64,000 nucleotides of DNA from Syntrophorhabdaceae bacterium (GTDB taxonomy: Bacteria > Desulfobacterota > Syntrophorhabdia > Syntrophorhabdales > Syntrophorhabdaceae): the NCBI GenBank assembly GCA_963666485.2, contig CAXXUO010000002.1, positions 96,001 through 160,000 of the forward strand, written 5' to 3'. Below are positions 41,083-49,844 of this stretch, piece by piece. The notes under the pieces are model-generated. The model was not told the origin of the DNA, made no database searches, and saw nothing but the letters and a program-made list of their open reading frames with translations. The number at the start of each line of letters is the position of its first letter. Position 1 is the first letter of the stretch. The position numbers and the translations under genes were made by a program.

Positions 41083-42138
41083 TCACGTAAATATCTGCGG
41101 GGCCTTCCCGGTACCCGCAGGTTCCGGGGCGTATGCCGTCACCGCTGCCTCAACATAGCAGCCCGGGTCTTTCCTGAAGGGGTCCCCGGTGAGCGCATAG
41201 GAAAGACACCTCAGGCCCCCTCCACATAACCGTTCGTAAAAACAGCCGCCGCATCCTTGGGCCGCTTTTTTCCTGTCCCGCAGCGCAACGAAAAGGGGGC
41301 TTTCCCTGTAGATCTCCGTAAGGGGCCGGTCGAGAACGTTTCCCGTGCGGACGGGCATGCGCCTGCAGGGAACGACATCACCGTTGGCCATGACAGTGAT
41401 CAGCGTGTCACCTGCTGCGCACCGGTAGGGCTCGCCCCCTCCCGCGAGGAACTGCAGGGCCCGGTCCATGGCGATCTCAGTGCGGCACATGGGGTTCCTT
41501 CGGGCCTTCTCTTTAATCTTGAGGACTGCCGAAAAAAAGTCACGGACCTCGCCGGGGGAAAGGACCTCATCCTCGAGCGGCGCACTGCCGCCGCAGGGGA
41601 TGAAACGGTCCGTCCAGACCTTCGACACGCCGAGTTTCATTCCGAGCTTCGCAACATCGCCGAAGCACCGGTAGTTCCGGCGCGTAGCCGTGAAAGATAT
41701 CAGCGTCCTGGTCCCGTTGTCACCAAGATGGCCTATCGCGCGGGAGATCCTCTTGAAGTCGCCCGGCCCCCGTATGCTGTCGTGGGTAGCCTCGTCACCG
41801 TCGATGCTCACCTGGACGAACCTCGGCCCGAGGGACGCAAGGCGCCGGGCGGCTTTCGCATCGAGAAAGCTGCCGTTTGTCAGGACGGCAAAGCTGAATG
41901 CGTCCCTGCGGGCATGGAATTCCTCGAGGAGCTCCCAGATGTCGTCCCGTACAAAAGGCTCCCCACCCGTGAGGTTGATGTGCCCGGGGGGCCCGTTGCC
42001 GGCCGCTGTCAGGTCGCAGAACTGGTCCGTTATCGCGACAAGTTGTTCGCCGTTTAGCTCCTGCGCTCCGTCCCGGTCCTGGTAGCAGTGAATGCACCTG
42101 TTGTTGCACCGCTCCGTTATGTGCCACTGGAGGAGCAT
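41083..42138 (-). CDS. Radical SAM protein with SPASM domain; start uncertain
   Basis: CNNRCIHC, TGGEP, VQVSIDG; SPASM C..G...GDVVPC...CGGC..LCGGG..C...DPGC. Confidence 0.92.
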   Translation of the reverse strand: MLLQWHITERCNNRCIHCYQDRDGAQELNGEQLVAITDQFCDLTAAGNGPPGHINLTGGEPFVRDDIWELLEEFHARRDAFSFAVLTNGSFLDAKAARRLASLGPRFVQVSIDGDEATHDSIRGPGDFKRISRAIGHLGDNGTRTLISFTATRRNYRCFGDVAKLGMKLGVSKVWTDRFIPCGGSAPLEDEVLSPGEVRDFFSAVLKIKEKARRNPMCRTEIAMDRALQFLAGGGEPYRCAAGDTLITVMANGDVVPCRRMPVRTGNVLDRPLTEIYRESPLFVALRDRKKAAQGCGGCFYERLCGGGLRCLSYALTGDPFRKDPGCYVEAAVTAYAPEPAGTGKAPQIFT

Positions 42139-42197
42139 TCTGCGACCCGGCGGACGGCCTTTCGCCCGGGCCGCCTTTAAGCGGTCATGATACGCTT

Positions 42198-43103
42198 TTA
42201 CCCGCCGCATCCGCCGCACCCCCCGCATCCGCCACCGCCGCCGCTGCATCCGCTGCCGCCGCTGCATCCGCCGCAGGCACTTCCCGAGGACGATTTCTTG
42301 AAGGCGGCATGAATTTCTTCGTACATAGGGGTGCCCGTCAGGGCGGCCGCGCCGAATATGGCGACCGCATAGGCCGGGTCTATCCCCTCCGGCGCGCTTC
42401 TCGTTCGCAGCCAGTCAAAGTGTTTTTCCAGTTTCGCGAGATACTGTCTGCCGAGCCAGCTGGCCCTGCCCCATGGCTTGAGCATCAGGGGGACGAGAAC
42501 GAAAGAGAAGACCATCAGCATGAAGAGGAAGAACACCGGTTTTCCGAAAGAAATACCGAGTACGAATTTCGAAACACCGGTCACGACAAGAATGATCATA
42601 AGGACCCAGAAGATCAGCCAGCCCTGTTTCTCCTCCGATGCGTTCTTGACGAGCCGGTTCTGCGCAAGCTCCTGGTAATTGTACAGGGACAGTCTTTCCA
42701 CGTCCTTGCGTATCTCCTCAAGTTTAAAGAGGTTCCTCGTATACAACTTCATCTTTACATGATCATAGACGGAGCGGGGAACGGGCTTCAATGTCTGGAG
42801 CCTGGCCAGGCGGTCCGGCTCGCTGAGGCCTGTCCTCTTGACGGAGGCCAGGTCCTTCTCGCCTTCGATCTCCACGAGCCCCTTGTTCAGGAGATCGAAA
42901 ACTGCCGTCTTGACGGCCTCCTTCCAACCCCCTTTCAGGAACGATATCGTCACGGGGTCGAACCTCGTCAGGTTGGGCATGGGCGCGCCCCTGCTGCTGT
43001 CGGACCCCATCATCACCCGGCCGACAAGGACGCATGCCGCCGCCAGGCACACGTAAAGAAAGAGAAAGGTTGGTCCCGGTATGGATCGCAAGAATTCAAG
43101 CAT
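42198..43103 (-). CDS. TIGR04222-like membrane protein with Cys/Gly-rich C-terminal tail
   Basis: GPTFLFLY, ISFLKGG, GKPVFFL, VAIFG; tail SSSGSACGGCSGGSGCSGGGGGCGGCGGCGG. Confidence 0.82.
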   Translation of the reverse strand: MLEFLRSIPGPTFLFLYVCLAAACVLVGRVMMGSDSSRGAPMPNLTRFDPVTISFLKGGWKEAVKTAVFDLLNKGLVEIEGEKDLASVKRTGLSEPDRLARLQTLKPVPRSVYDHVKMKLYTRNLFKLEEIRKDVERLSLYNYQELAQNRLVKNASEEKQGWLIFWVLMIILVVTGVSKFVLGISFGKPVFFLFMLMVFSFVLVPLMLKPWGRASWLGRQYLAKLEKHFDWLRTRSAPEGIDPAYAVAIFGAAALTGTPMYEEIHAAFKKSSSGSACGGCSGGSGCSGGGGGCGGCGGCGG

Positions 43104-44814
43104 TGCCCGATCTTCCTCCCGCGGAGATATAATATACGGTGTCGCCCGGGTACACTGCCGCGTGGCCCCGTCCGAACCTGATGCCCCCTTCCCTTCCCTT
43201 GACCATGAGCACCCTGTCCCGCAATCCTTCGAGGACAGTTTCGAAGGCCCCGGCGTCACCAACCTCGGTGCCCGAAATAAAGATCTTTCCCGCAGGACTG
43301 TCGAACGCGTTCATGACATCGCTGTTCAATGCCGCCGATGCGAAGGCTGCGGCCGCAATGTAGGAGGAACTGACGGCGTCGTCTATCGCAAAATTTTTCC
43401 GTATCATGCGGGCGAAATCCTCGTCGAAGATCCTCAGGACCGTCCTGATGCCGCCGTTCGTCGCCGCCGCGTTCAGCCCGGCCTCGAGGTTCGTGAGATC
43501 GTTGTCGGTGGAGCATATTATCGCTTTCGCGCGCCCTGTGCCGGCATGGGCCAGGGAATCCTCCAGCACGGCGTCTGACACGATGAACGGGATGCCCATG
43601 TTCCTGAGTCTCTGGACGAACCTGTTCTGCGGGTTCTTCTCGACGACCACCACATTCTCCCCGAGTTCGACAAGATTCTCGAGTATCCTTGCCCCGACAT
43701 CCCCGAGGCCGCAGAGGATGATATGGTCCTTGACGTGCATCTTCCGCCTGCCCATCAGCATTTCGAGACGTTTCTTGATCATGCTGTCCGTGATGAAAGC
43801 GAACAATATGGCCATAAGCATGGCCCCGGAGAGCATGAGGACGATTCCGACGATCTTGGAAATGGTCGATGAGTCGCGCAGGCTGATATCGCCGAAGCCG
43901 ACGGTTGTGAGGACGGTCACGACAAAGTAAACGGCATTGATGAAGCTCAGTTTCTCGACTGCGGCGAAGAAGAAGACGCTGAAAATGAGTATGCCCAGGA
44001 GAGTGACGAGGGTAGAGAAGAGCACCTTGTCCGACAGGAGAAGGTGCGGCCTGAACCTGAATTTCTTCTTTGTCCCGTTGCTTCTTTCGTCCGGACTGCG
44101 CGGACTAATGCCGTTGAGCGTCTTCGCCCCCGCAAAGGATGAGAAGCACAGGACCCGCGCGTCGTTCCCTATTTCCGCGTCCCTGCCGGGACAAGCGGCC
44201 CCGTCGATAGCGACTACCCGGACAGCGTGTACGGCTTCAACCTCGCCGGCACTTCTTTCGCTTCCCCCGGTCAAGGCCACGCCTTTCACCTCGTAAAACG
44301 TGTATGTCTCTTTGTCGACTTTGAACGACAGAACGGAATCCCGGACCAATGCGGAAACCGCGAAGCTCGGCGTCGCGACCTGCGACACGCTGATAGCGCG
44401 CACGCCGGGAATCCTCTTTTCAAGCTCCCCCGCGAACTTCATGTTGAAGACCCGCACGACGATCCTCATGCCGGGATTGATTTCGTTGACCCTCATTGCC
44501 GCGTGTATATTGAACTGGTCATCCTCGGAGGGAAATATGATGGACCCCGCTGAACGAAGGTCCAGGTGGTTAAGGGTATCGAGGCTGTTCGTGTCGGCCG
44601 TGACGACGAGGACCCCGGATAACCTCGTCTCCCCGAGAAGCCGCGAATGTTCCCGCGCGACGACGGTGACAGGCACCCCCGCCTCGACGAGGAATTCCAT
44701 GATCCTGAACCCGGCATTGGAAAGGCCGTAGATGATGACACGCCCGTGCCCTTCCTTGCCGGCGCCGGATGCCGCTTTGCCGTCAACCGCGTTTTGGTCC
44801 AGTATAACCCCCAC
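43096..44814 (-). CDS. Potassium channel family protein (TrkA-N x2 + 2-TM pore)
   Basis: TTVGFGD selectivity filter; IILCGLGDVG Rossmann motif; TDNDLTNLE. Confidence 0.88.
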   Translation of the reverse strand: MGVILDQNAVDGKAASGAGKEGHGRVIIYGLSNAGFRIMEFLVEAGVPVTVVAREHSRLLGETRLSGVLVVTADTNSLDTLNHLDLRSAGSIIFPSEDDQFNIHAAMRVNEINPGMRIVVRVFNMKFAGELEKRIPGVRAISVSQVATPSFAVSALVRDSVLSFKVDKETYTFYEVKGVALTGGSERSAGEVEAVHAVRVVAIDGAACPGRDAEIGNDARVLCFSSFAGAKTLNGISPRSPDERSNGTKKKFRFRPHLLLSDKVLFSTLVTLLGILIFSVFFFAAVEKLSFINAVYFVVTVLTTVGFGDISLRDSSTISKIVGIVLMLSGAMLMAILFAFITDSMIKKRLEMLMGRRKMHVKDHIILCGLGDVGARILENLVELGENVVVVEKNPQNRFVQRLRNMGIPFIVSDAVLEDSLAHAGTGRAKAIICSTDNDLTNLEAGLNAAATNGGIRTVLRIFDEDFARMIRKNFAIDDAVSSSYIAAAAFASAALNSDVMNAFDSPAGKIFISGTEVGDAGAFETVLEGLRDRVLMVKGREGGIRFGRGHAAVYPGDTVYYISAGGRSGNA

Positions 44815-45023
44815 TCTCGTACCGGAGAATCGATGTGTCAGCGAGCCAATTGTATCACACTGCTTTCATTTGTTGAACGGATAATTTTGAAGGCAGGAAA
44901 ACCCCGGGGGCGCATACTGATAATGCCCGCGCGCCCCTGTTAACACAGGCGATCATCGCTCTTTACTTTTTCACCCGTATGATGTAATAATCCTCGACTT
45001 GATGTGGAAGGTGAACAGAACAA

Positions 45024-45920
45024 ATGACGTTATCAGCTAAAGTAAAAAATATTTTCATCTCTACAAGGCCATGGTCATTCACCATGTCCCTCATATCGGT
45101 TTCCATCGGTACGCTCCTCGCTGCCCAGGAGGGCCCCGTTTCCTGGTTCTGGTTTGCCCTCGTTTGCATAGGAATAGTGTCGTTTCACGCAACTGCGAAT
45201 GTCCTGAACGATTATTTCGATACGAGATATAATGTAGACCAAAAGGATTCCCCGACCGCGCGCTACAGGCCTCATCCGTTGATCGGCAATTTACTCACGC
45301 CCCGGCAGCTCCTCGTTGAAGCGTTTATCCTGTTGGCCATTACACTCGGCATAGGGTTCACCATCTCCGGGATGCGGTCGATCACCGTGTTGTGGATCGG
45401 GCTTATCGGTGTCGCAACAAGTGTTTTCTATACCGGGTGGCCGATAAAATTTAAATATTCCGGCTGGGGCGAGATATTCGTCTTTCTCATGTGGGGCCCC
45501 CTGATGTTTGAGGGAGCCTACGTCGTTCAGCGCCAGGTATTGTCCGGCAAGGTATTCCTCGTATCGGTCCCGTTCGGGGTGCTCGTGGCGCTTGTGCTGC
45601 TGGCGAATAACATTCGGGATATCGCATATGATTCGCGGCAGCGCATACGAACTGTCAGTATATTGCTCGGCCCTCGCCGGTCGATCATGCTGTATGCGGC
45701 GCTCATTGTGACCGCGTACGTATTTACGGCTCTCATCGTTGCTATCGGCGTCCTGAGCCCCTGGGCGCTCCTGGTCCTCATCTCTTTACCGAAAGCGATC
45801 AAACTGCTCAGGGAATTCATGAAGAAAGTGCCGGAAGCAGCCGATGCAAACACCGCGCAGTTGAACACAATTTTCGGCATTCTCCTGATCATTGCCCTCA
45901 TCCTGGAGAAGGTGCTTTAA
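45024..45920 (+). CDS. menA: UbiA-family prenyltransferase, MenA-like
   Basis: RPWSF, NVLNDYFD, GWGEIFVF, ANNIRDIAYD. Confidence 0.8.
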   Translation: MTLSAKVKNIFISTRPWSFTMSLISVSIGTLLAAQEGPVSWFWFALVCIGIVSFHATANVLNDYFDTRYNVDQKDSPTARYRPHPLIGNLLTPRQLLVEAFILLAITLGIGFTISGMRSITVLWIGLIGVATSVFYTGWPIKFKYSGWGEIFVFLMWGPLMFEGAYVVQRQVLSGKVFLVSVPFGVLVALVLLANNIRDIAYDSRQRIRTVSILLGPRRSIMLYAALIVTAYVFTALIVAIGVLSPWALLVLISLPKAIKLLREFMKKVPEAADANTAQLNTIFGILLIIALILEKVL

Positions 45921-46528
45921 TGGCGGTCGTCGGCGCAATCGTTCTTGCATTCGTTTGCTGGGCTTTTACCTTTGGCCTGCCGCAGGGGAATTTCTGGGTC
46001 AAGATAGGCCTGTCCGTGGTAATTGTGACCGCATATTCTCTCTGGTGGCAGCGTCCCGTGATCGCACTGCGCTGGCGCTCTTTTCTGCTCGGGGCGATCT
46101 CTGCAGTCATACTCTATTTTATATTCTATGCGGGCAACATTCTCTCCGCGTTTATTTTCTCGAATGCCGGCCGCCAGGTAGGCGGCATCTACGGTCTCGG
46201 GCACGGGACGAACCATCTTTGGATATTCCTTTTGCTGCTCTTGGTCACCGGGCCCGGCGAAGAGATATTCTGGCGCGGTTTTCTCCAATCAAAATTGATG
46301 GACCGCTTCGGAAAATGGCCGGGTTATTGTATCGCGACAGGGGTCTATGCGGCCGTGCACGTATTTTCGGGGAATATCATCCTCATCGGGGCCGCATTGG
46401 TAGCGGGAATGTTTTGGGGTGCAATGTACATGTGGCGCAGGGACCTGTTCATGCAGATCATCTCACACTCTTTGTGGTCGAGTTTTATATTCGCAGTCAC
46501 TCCCATCACACCGGCTATACATCAATAA
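45920..46528 (+). CDS. CPBP/CAAX intramembrane glutamic protease
   Basis: EEIFWRGFLQ, YAAVH, ISHSLW. Confidence 0.88.
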   Translation: MAVVGAIVLAFVCWAFTFGLPQGNFWVKIGLSVVIVTAYSLWWQRPVIALRWRSFLLGAISAVILYFIFYAGNILSAFIFSNAGRQVGGIYGLGHGTNHLWIFLLLLLVTGPGEEIFWRGFLQSKLMDRFGKWPGYCIATGVYAAVHVFSGNIILIGAALVAGMFWGAMYMWRRDLFMQIISHSLWSSFIFAVTPITPAIHQ

Positions 46529-46559
46529 AATTCAAACCGGATAACGGATCGCATGGTTA

Positions 46560-48674
46560 TCAGAAATTACTTTCGCGGAGGATGACGTCGTATATCCTTT
46601 GAAGAAAGCCCGCCATGGCGCTTCTTCGCTTGGCTTTTATGCCGGCAACGCCTTTCAGGCGCAGCGCCGGGACGCCCGGGGGATCGCACGAGGCGAGGCG
46701 CACGCGGAAAACGGGCTGCAGCGGCCGGATAAGGCCCTTTGGATCGGCCTGGGCGGGGATCGGCCCCGAATACGGTGAAGCGAGGGAGGGCTCCTCGAGG
46801 GCGGCCAGGTTGACTTTATCGATTGCCGCAACGCGGCAGGTGAACGTCCCGAAACCGGCGCCGTCCGGGATAAAAGTGGCTTTGTTGCCTATCGCGATCC
46901 TCTGGAGCTCGGAGCCGTTGACGAATGCGTCGACCTTGTTCTCGGCCGGGTCTACAAGCACATAGAGCTGCTCGCGCGCCGGGATGAAAAGGCCCGGCCT
47001 GATCTCGTCGTTGCGCGTCAAAATATTACCGTCGAACGGGGCACGCATCATCAGCTTCAACCATTCTTTTTCCAACCCGTCAAGGTTCGCCTTCGTTTCC
47101 TCGAACCTGTGCCGCAGGACCTCGCCCACGGCGAGCGCTTCCTCGTTGAAGGGCTGATGTTCCAGGTCCCAGCGGGACTGCGACTCGGACACCCGCGCCT
47201 GCCGGACCTTGTATTCGAGCTCCTGCGAGCGAAGGACCACCAGCACATCCCCTGCCCTCACACGGCCCCTGCCCTGTGCGGGCTCTTCCACGACCTCCGA
47301 CGGGTACGCGGCATAAAAGCCCTGTTCACGTGCCGCAGACATCATGGCCGGTGCCGTTATCCGGCCCGACCAGGGGATGAGGAAGACGATGATGAAGGCA
47401 AGGGTGGCGCACGCCGTCCTGAAGATCGTGTAATTGAGCTTCATGCGGAAACGAAGGTCGACCCATGTTCTCACCTCGCGATACACGGGCTGCAGGATAA
47501 ACCACCACATCTCGACTGAAAAAAGGATGATCCCGAGCATTTTGAAAAAATACCGGTAGACGAGGATGGCGATCCCCAGGAAGATAAAAAAACGATAGGC
47601 CCAAACGACATAGGAAAAGACAATGAGGAACTTCCGGTATGCGTCGGGCATGGGTTCCGGCGGCGGGTCGTCGAACCCGAAAAGTATTTCGCGGAGCCAC
47701 CACCTGCCGAAGGCAAAGGAACGTGCATGCAGGTTCGCTATCCCCAGGAAGTCGGACAGGATAAAATAGCCGTCGTAGCGGAGAAAGGGGCTGGCGTTCA
47801 GAAGAAGCGTCATGACCCATGACGTGGTGGCGAGGACGAACGCGCCCGACCGCAGCACCCCGTCAGGCAGGAACACCCAGGCCCAGGTGGCAGCCACGGC
47901 AAGCAGGAGTTCGGTCGCCATGCCGGCGGCCCCGACCGCCAGGCGCTTATGCCTGTCCTGAAGTTTCCACACCTCGTTGGTGTCCGTGTAGAGCATGGGG
48001 AACAGAACGACGAACACGATGCCCATCGCCGGGATCTTGCACCCGTACCTGTGCGCGGTCACTGCGTGCCCGAACTCGTGCGCCGTCTTGGCGATGGACA
48101 CCGCGACCGCCGTTGCGGCGATGCCTTCCCACGTCCTGTATATGGCAAGCGAGTGGCGGAATACGTCCCACTGGCGCGAAATGACATAGAGGGCGAGCAC
48201 TGCGGCCGCCAGGGCGAGGGTAAGGAACCACTGGCTGTACATGAAGGTGACGCGACTGGCGAATGCATCGAGGACCTTCTGGGGCTTAAGCAGCGGGACC
48301 CGGAAAAAAAGATAGTTCTTGAGCAGCGTCATCATCCAGGAAACACGCATTGCCCGAAGCCCTGCGAGGGCCCGGATGCTTCCTTTCGTTTCGACCAGGT
48401 AACTCTGCTCCAGGAACAGTGCTATGTGGGCTATGTCTTCATGGGTGACCGTGAGGGTCGTTTCACGCGCGAGGGCACCGACAACGAGGTCGGACCTGCC
48501 GAGGTCCCATCGCGAAAGGATCTCGAAGGCCTGCCAGTTCAGCTGGTAAAACCTGTTTGCCGAGGGATCGTGGAGCGTCCATGTCCGGCTTCCGTCGGCC
48601 GCGGACGGCGCGGGGTAAATGGCGAGTTCCTGCCGCAAAGGGGGGAGATTGAAAGGTTTCACCAGCCTAACCAT
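46560..48674 (-). CDS. Peptidase M50 / HlyD-adaptor fusion protein
   Basis: WTLHDP, HEFGH, YTDT, NASPFLRYDGY, C-terminal RAPFDG hairpin. Confidence 0.85.
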   Translation of the reverse strand: MVRLVKPFNLPPLRQELAIYPAPSAADGSRTWTLHDPSANRFYQLNWQAFEILSRWDLGRSDLVVGALARETTLTVTHEDIAHIALFLEQSYLVETKGSIRALAGLRAMRVSWMMTLLKNYLFFRVPLLKPQKVLDAFASRVTFMYSQWFLTLALAAAVLALYVISRQWDVFRHSLAIYRTWEGIAATAVAVSIAKTAHEFGHAVTAHRYGCKIPAMGIVFVVLFPMLYTDTNEVWKLQDRHKRLAVGAAGMATELLLAVAATWAWVFLPDGVLRSGAFVLATTSWVMTLLLNASPFLRYDGYFILSDFLGIANLHARSFAFGRWWLREILFGFDDPPPEPMPDAYRKFLIVFSYVVWAYRFFIFLGIAILVYRYFFKMLGIILFSVEMWWFILQPVYREVRTWVDLRFRMKLNYTIFRTACATLAFIIVFLIPWSGRITAPAMMSAAREQGFYAAYPSEVVEEPAQGRGRVRAGDVLVVLRSQELEYKVRQARVSESQSRWDLEHQPFNEEALAVGEVLRHRFEETKANLDGLEKEWLKLMMRAPFDGNILTRNDEIRPGLFIPAREQLYVLVDPAENKVDAFVNGSELQRIAIGNKATFIPDGAGFGTFTCRVAAIDKVNLAALEEPSLASPYSGPIPAQADPKGLIRPLQPVFRVRLASCDPPGVPALRLKGVAGIKAKRRSAMAGFLQRIYDVILRESNF

Positions 48675-49573
48675 TGCCTGAGGGCGGTCAGGGGGCGGCG
48701 GAAAATATAGTACGCCAGTATCACCCTCTTCCCGTAGATCTTTGCGATACCCGTTAATCCGACGCGGGGCGGAGCCGACCCGTCCGCGAGAAAATCAGCT
48801 TTGAGGCGATACGCGACAAGGCCCGCCGGGGTAACCTCGGATTTATACGAGGCGTACGTGAGCCGGCCGTCCCGCGGCCGCTGCGGATCGGAGGTGAGAT
48901 AGAGTGTCACCTTTGTCCCCTGCTGAAGCGCGATAGCGTCGGCCACCGGAAGGAAGATGAGCATCTCGACATTCGCCGGGTCGGCGATGACGACGATCCT
49001 TTCTCCGACGGACACGCTTTTCCCTATCCAGTCATTGGCGTCCGCGAATACGGCGATGCCGTCGCGGGGCGCCTTCACCTCTATCTTGTCGAAGAGGTTC
49101 CGGGAAAACGCAAGCTCGGCTTCCCTCCCCTGCATCTTGCCCTGGCTCGACTCTATCGAGGACCGCGCTTTTTCGTCCTCGATCGCCATCTGTGACGTTT
49201 GCCTGTATACCTCGGCCGCGACCTGGTATGCCTTCGAGGCGACCTGCAGGCGCGTCTCGAGGTTCGTCCTGTCGAACTCGAACAGGACCTGCCCTTTTTT
49301 CACCTCTTCGTTCGGACGAACACGGAACTTGAAGATGATCCCTTCGAGGGGCGAGCGGACGACGAGAGGGTCCCTCGGGGCCACCTCCGCGGGGGCCTGC
49401 ACGGATAGCCGCACGGGGAGCAGAAAAAAGACCAGGATGGCAATGGCGACAGCCGCCTTGCGCTTTGGCGTTCCCAGCTTCTCTTTCACCACCCGGATAT
49501 ATTTGCGGGGAGGCGCGAGGGCCTTGAAGCCGTGTGCATAGATGGAGGCAAGTTCCCTGTAACACATAAACAA
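48659..49573 (-). CDS. HlyD-family periplasmic adaptor, probably 5'-truncated
   Basis: PVRLSVQAPAEV, SPLEG, APRDG, W.GK.V.VGE, RRPLTALRQWLG; lacks the N-terminal GAF-like part usual in this family. Confidence 0.75.
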   Translation of the reverse strand: MFMCYRELASIYAHGFKALAPPRKYIRVVKEKLGTPKRKAAVAIAILVFFLLPVRLSVQAPAEVAPRDPLVVRSPLEGIIFKFRVRPNEEVKKGQVLFEFDRTNLETRLQVASKAYQVAAEVYRQTSQMAIEDEKARSSIESSQGKMQGREAELAFSRNLFDKIEVKAPRDGIAVFADANDWIGKSVSVGERIVVIADPANVEMLIFLPVADAIALQQGTKVTLYLTSDPQRPRDGRLTYASYKSEVTPAGLVAYRLKADFLADGSAPPRVGLTGIAKIYGKRVILAYYIFRRPLTALRQWLGW

Positions 49574-49844
49574 AGATCGTGCCTGATGTCAATAAGACTT
49601 TGGTCTCACATGAAGGTTAGGATTCCCGCAGTCTTTTCCTCACAATTCTTGATTATCATTGACATTTGCGGCCCATAATATAACATTGAAGCAATTGTTT
49701 GCGTTTACAGGCAGGTAGAGCAGAAGGAGTGCGTTGAATAATCGGGCAAAAACAGGTTCTACCAGGCTCAGGGCCTGTCCCGCATCGATGTGCCCGATTA
49801 CACGGTATCGCCTTTCGGCCAGAAAAGGGTAATATCACAGGGTC

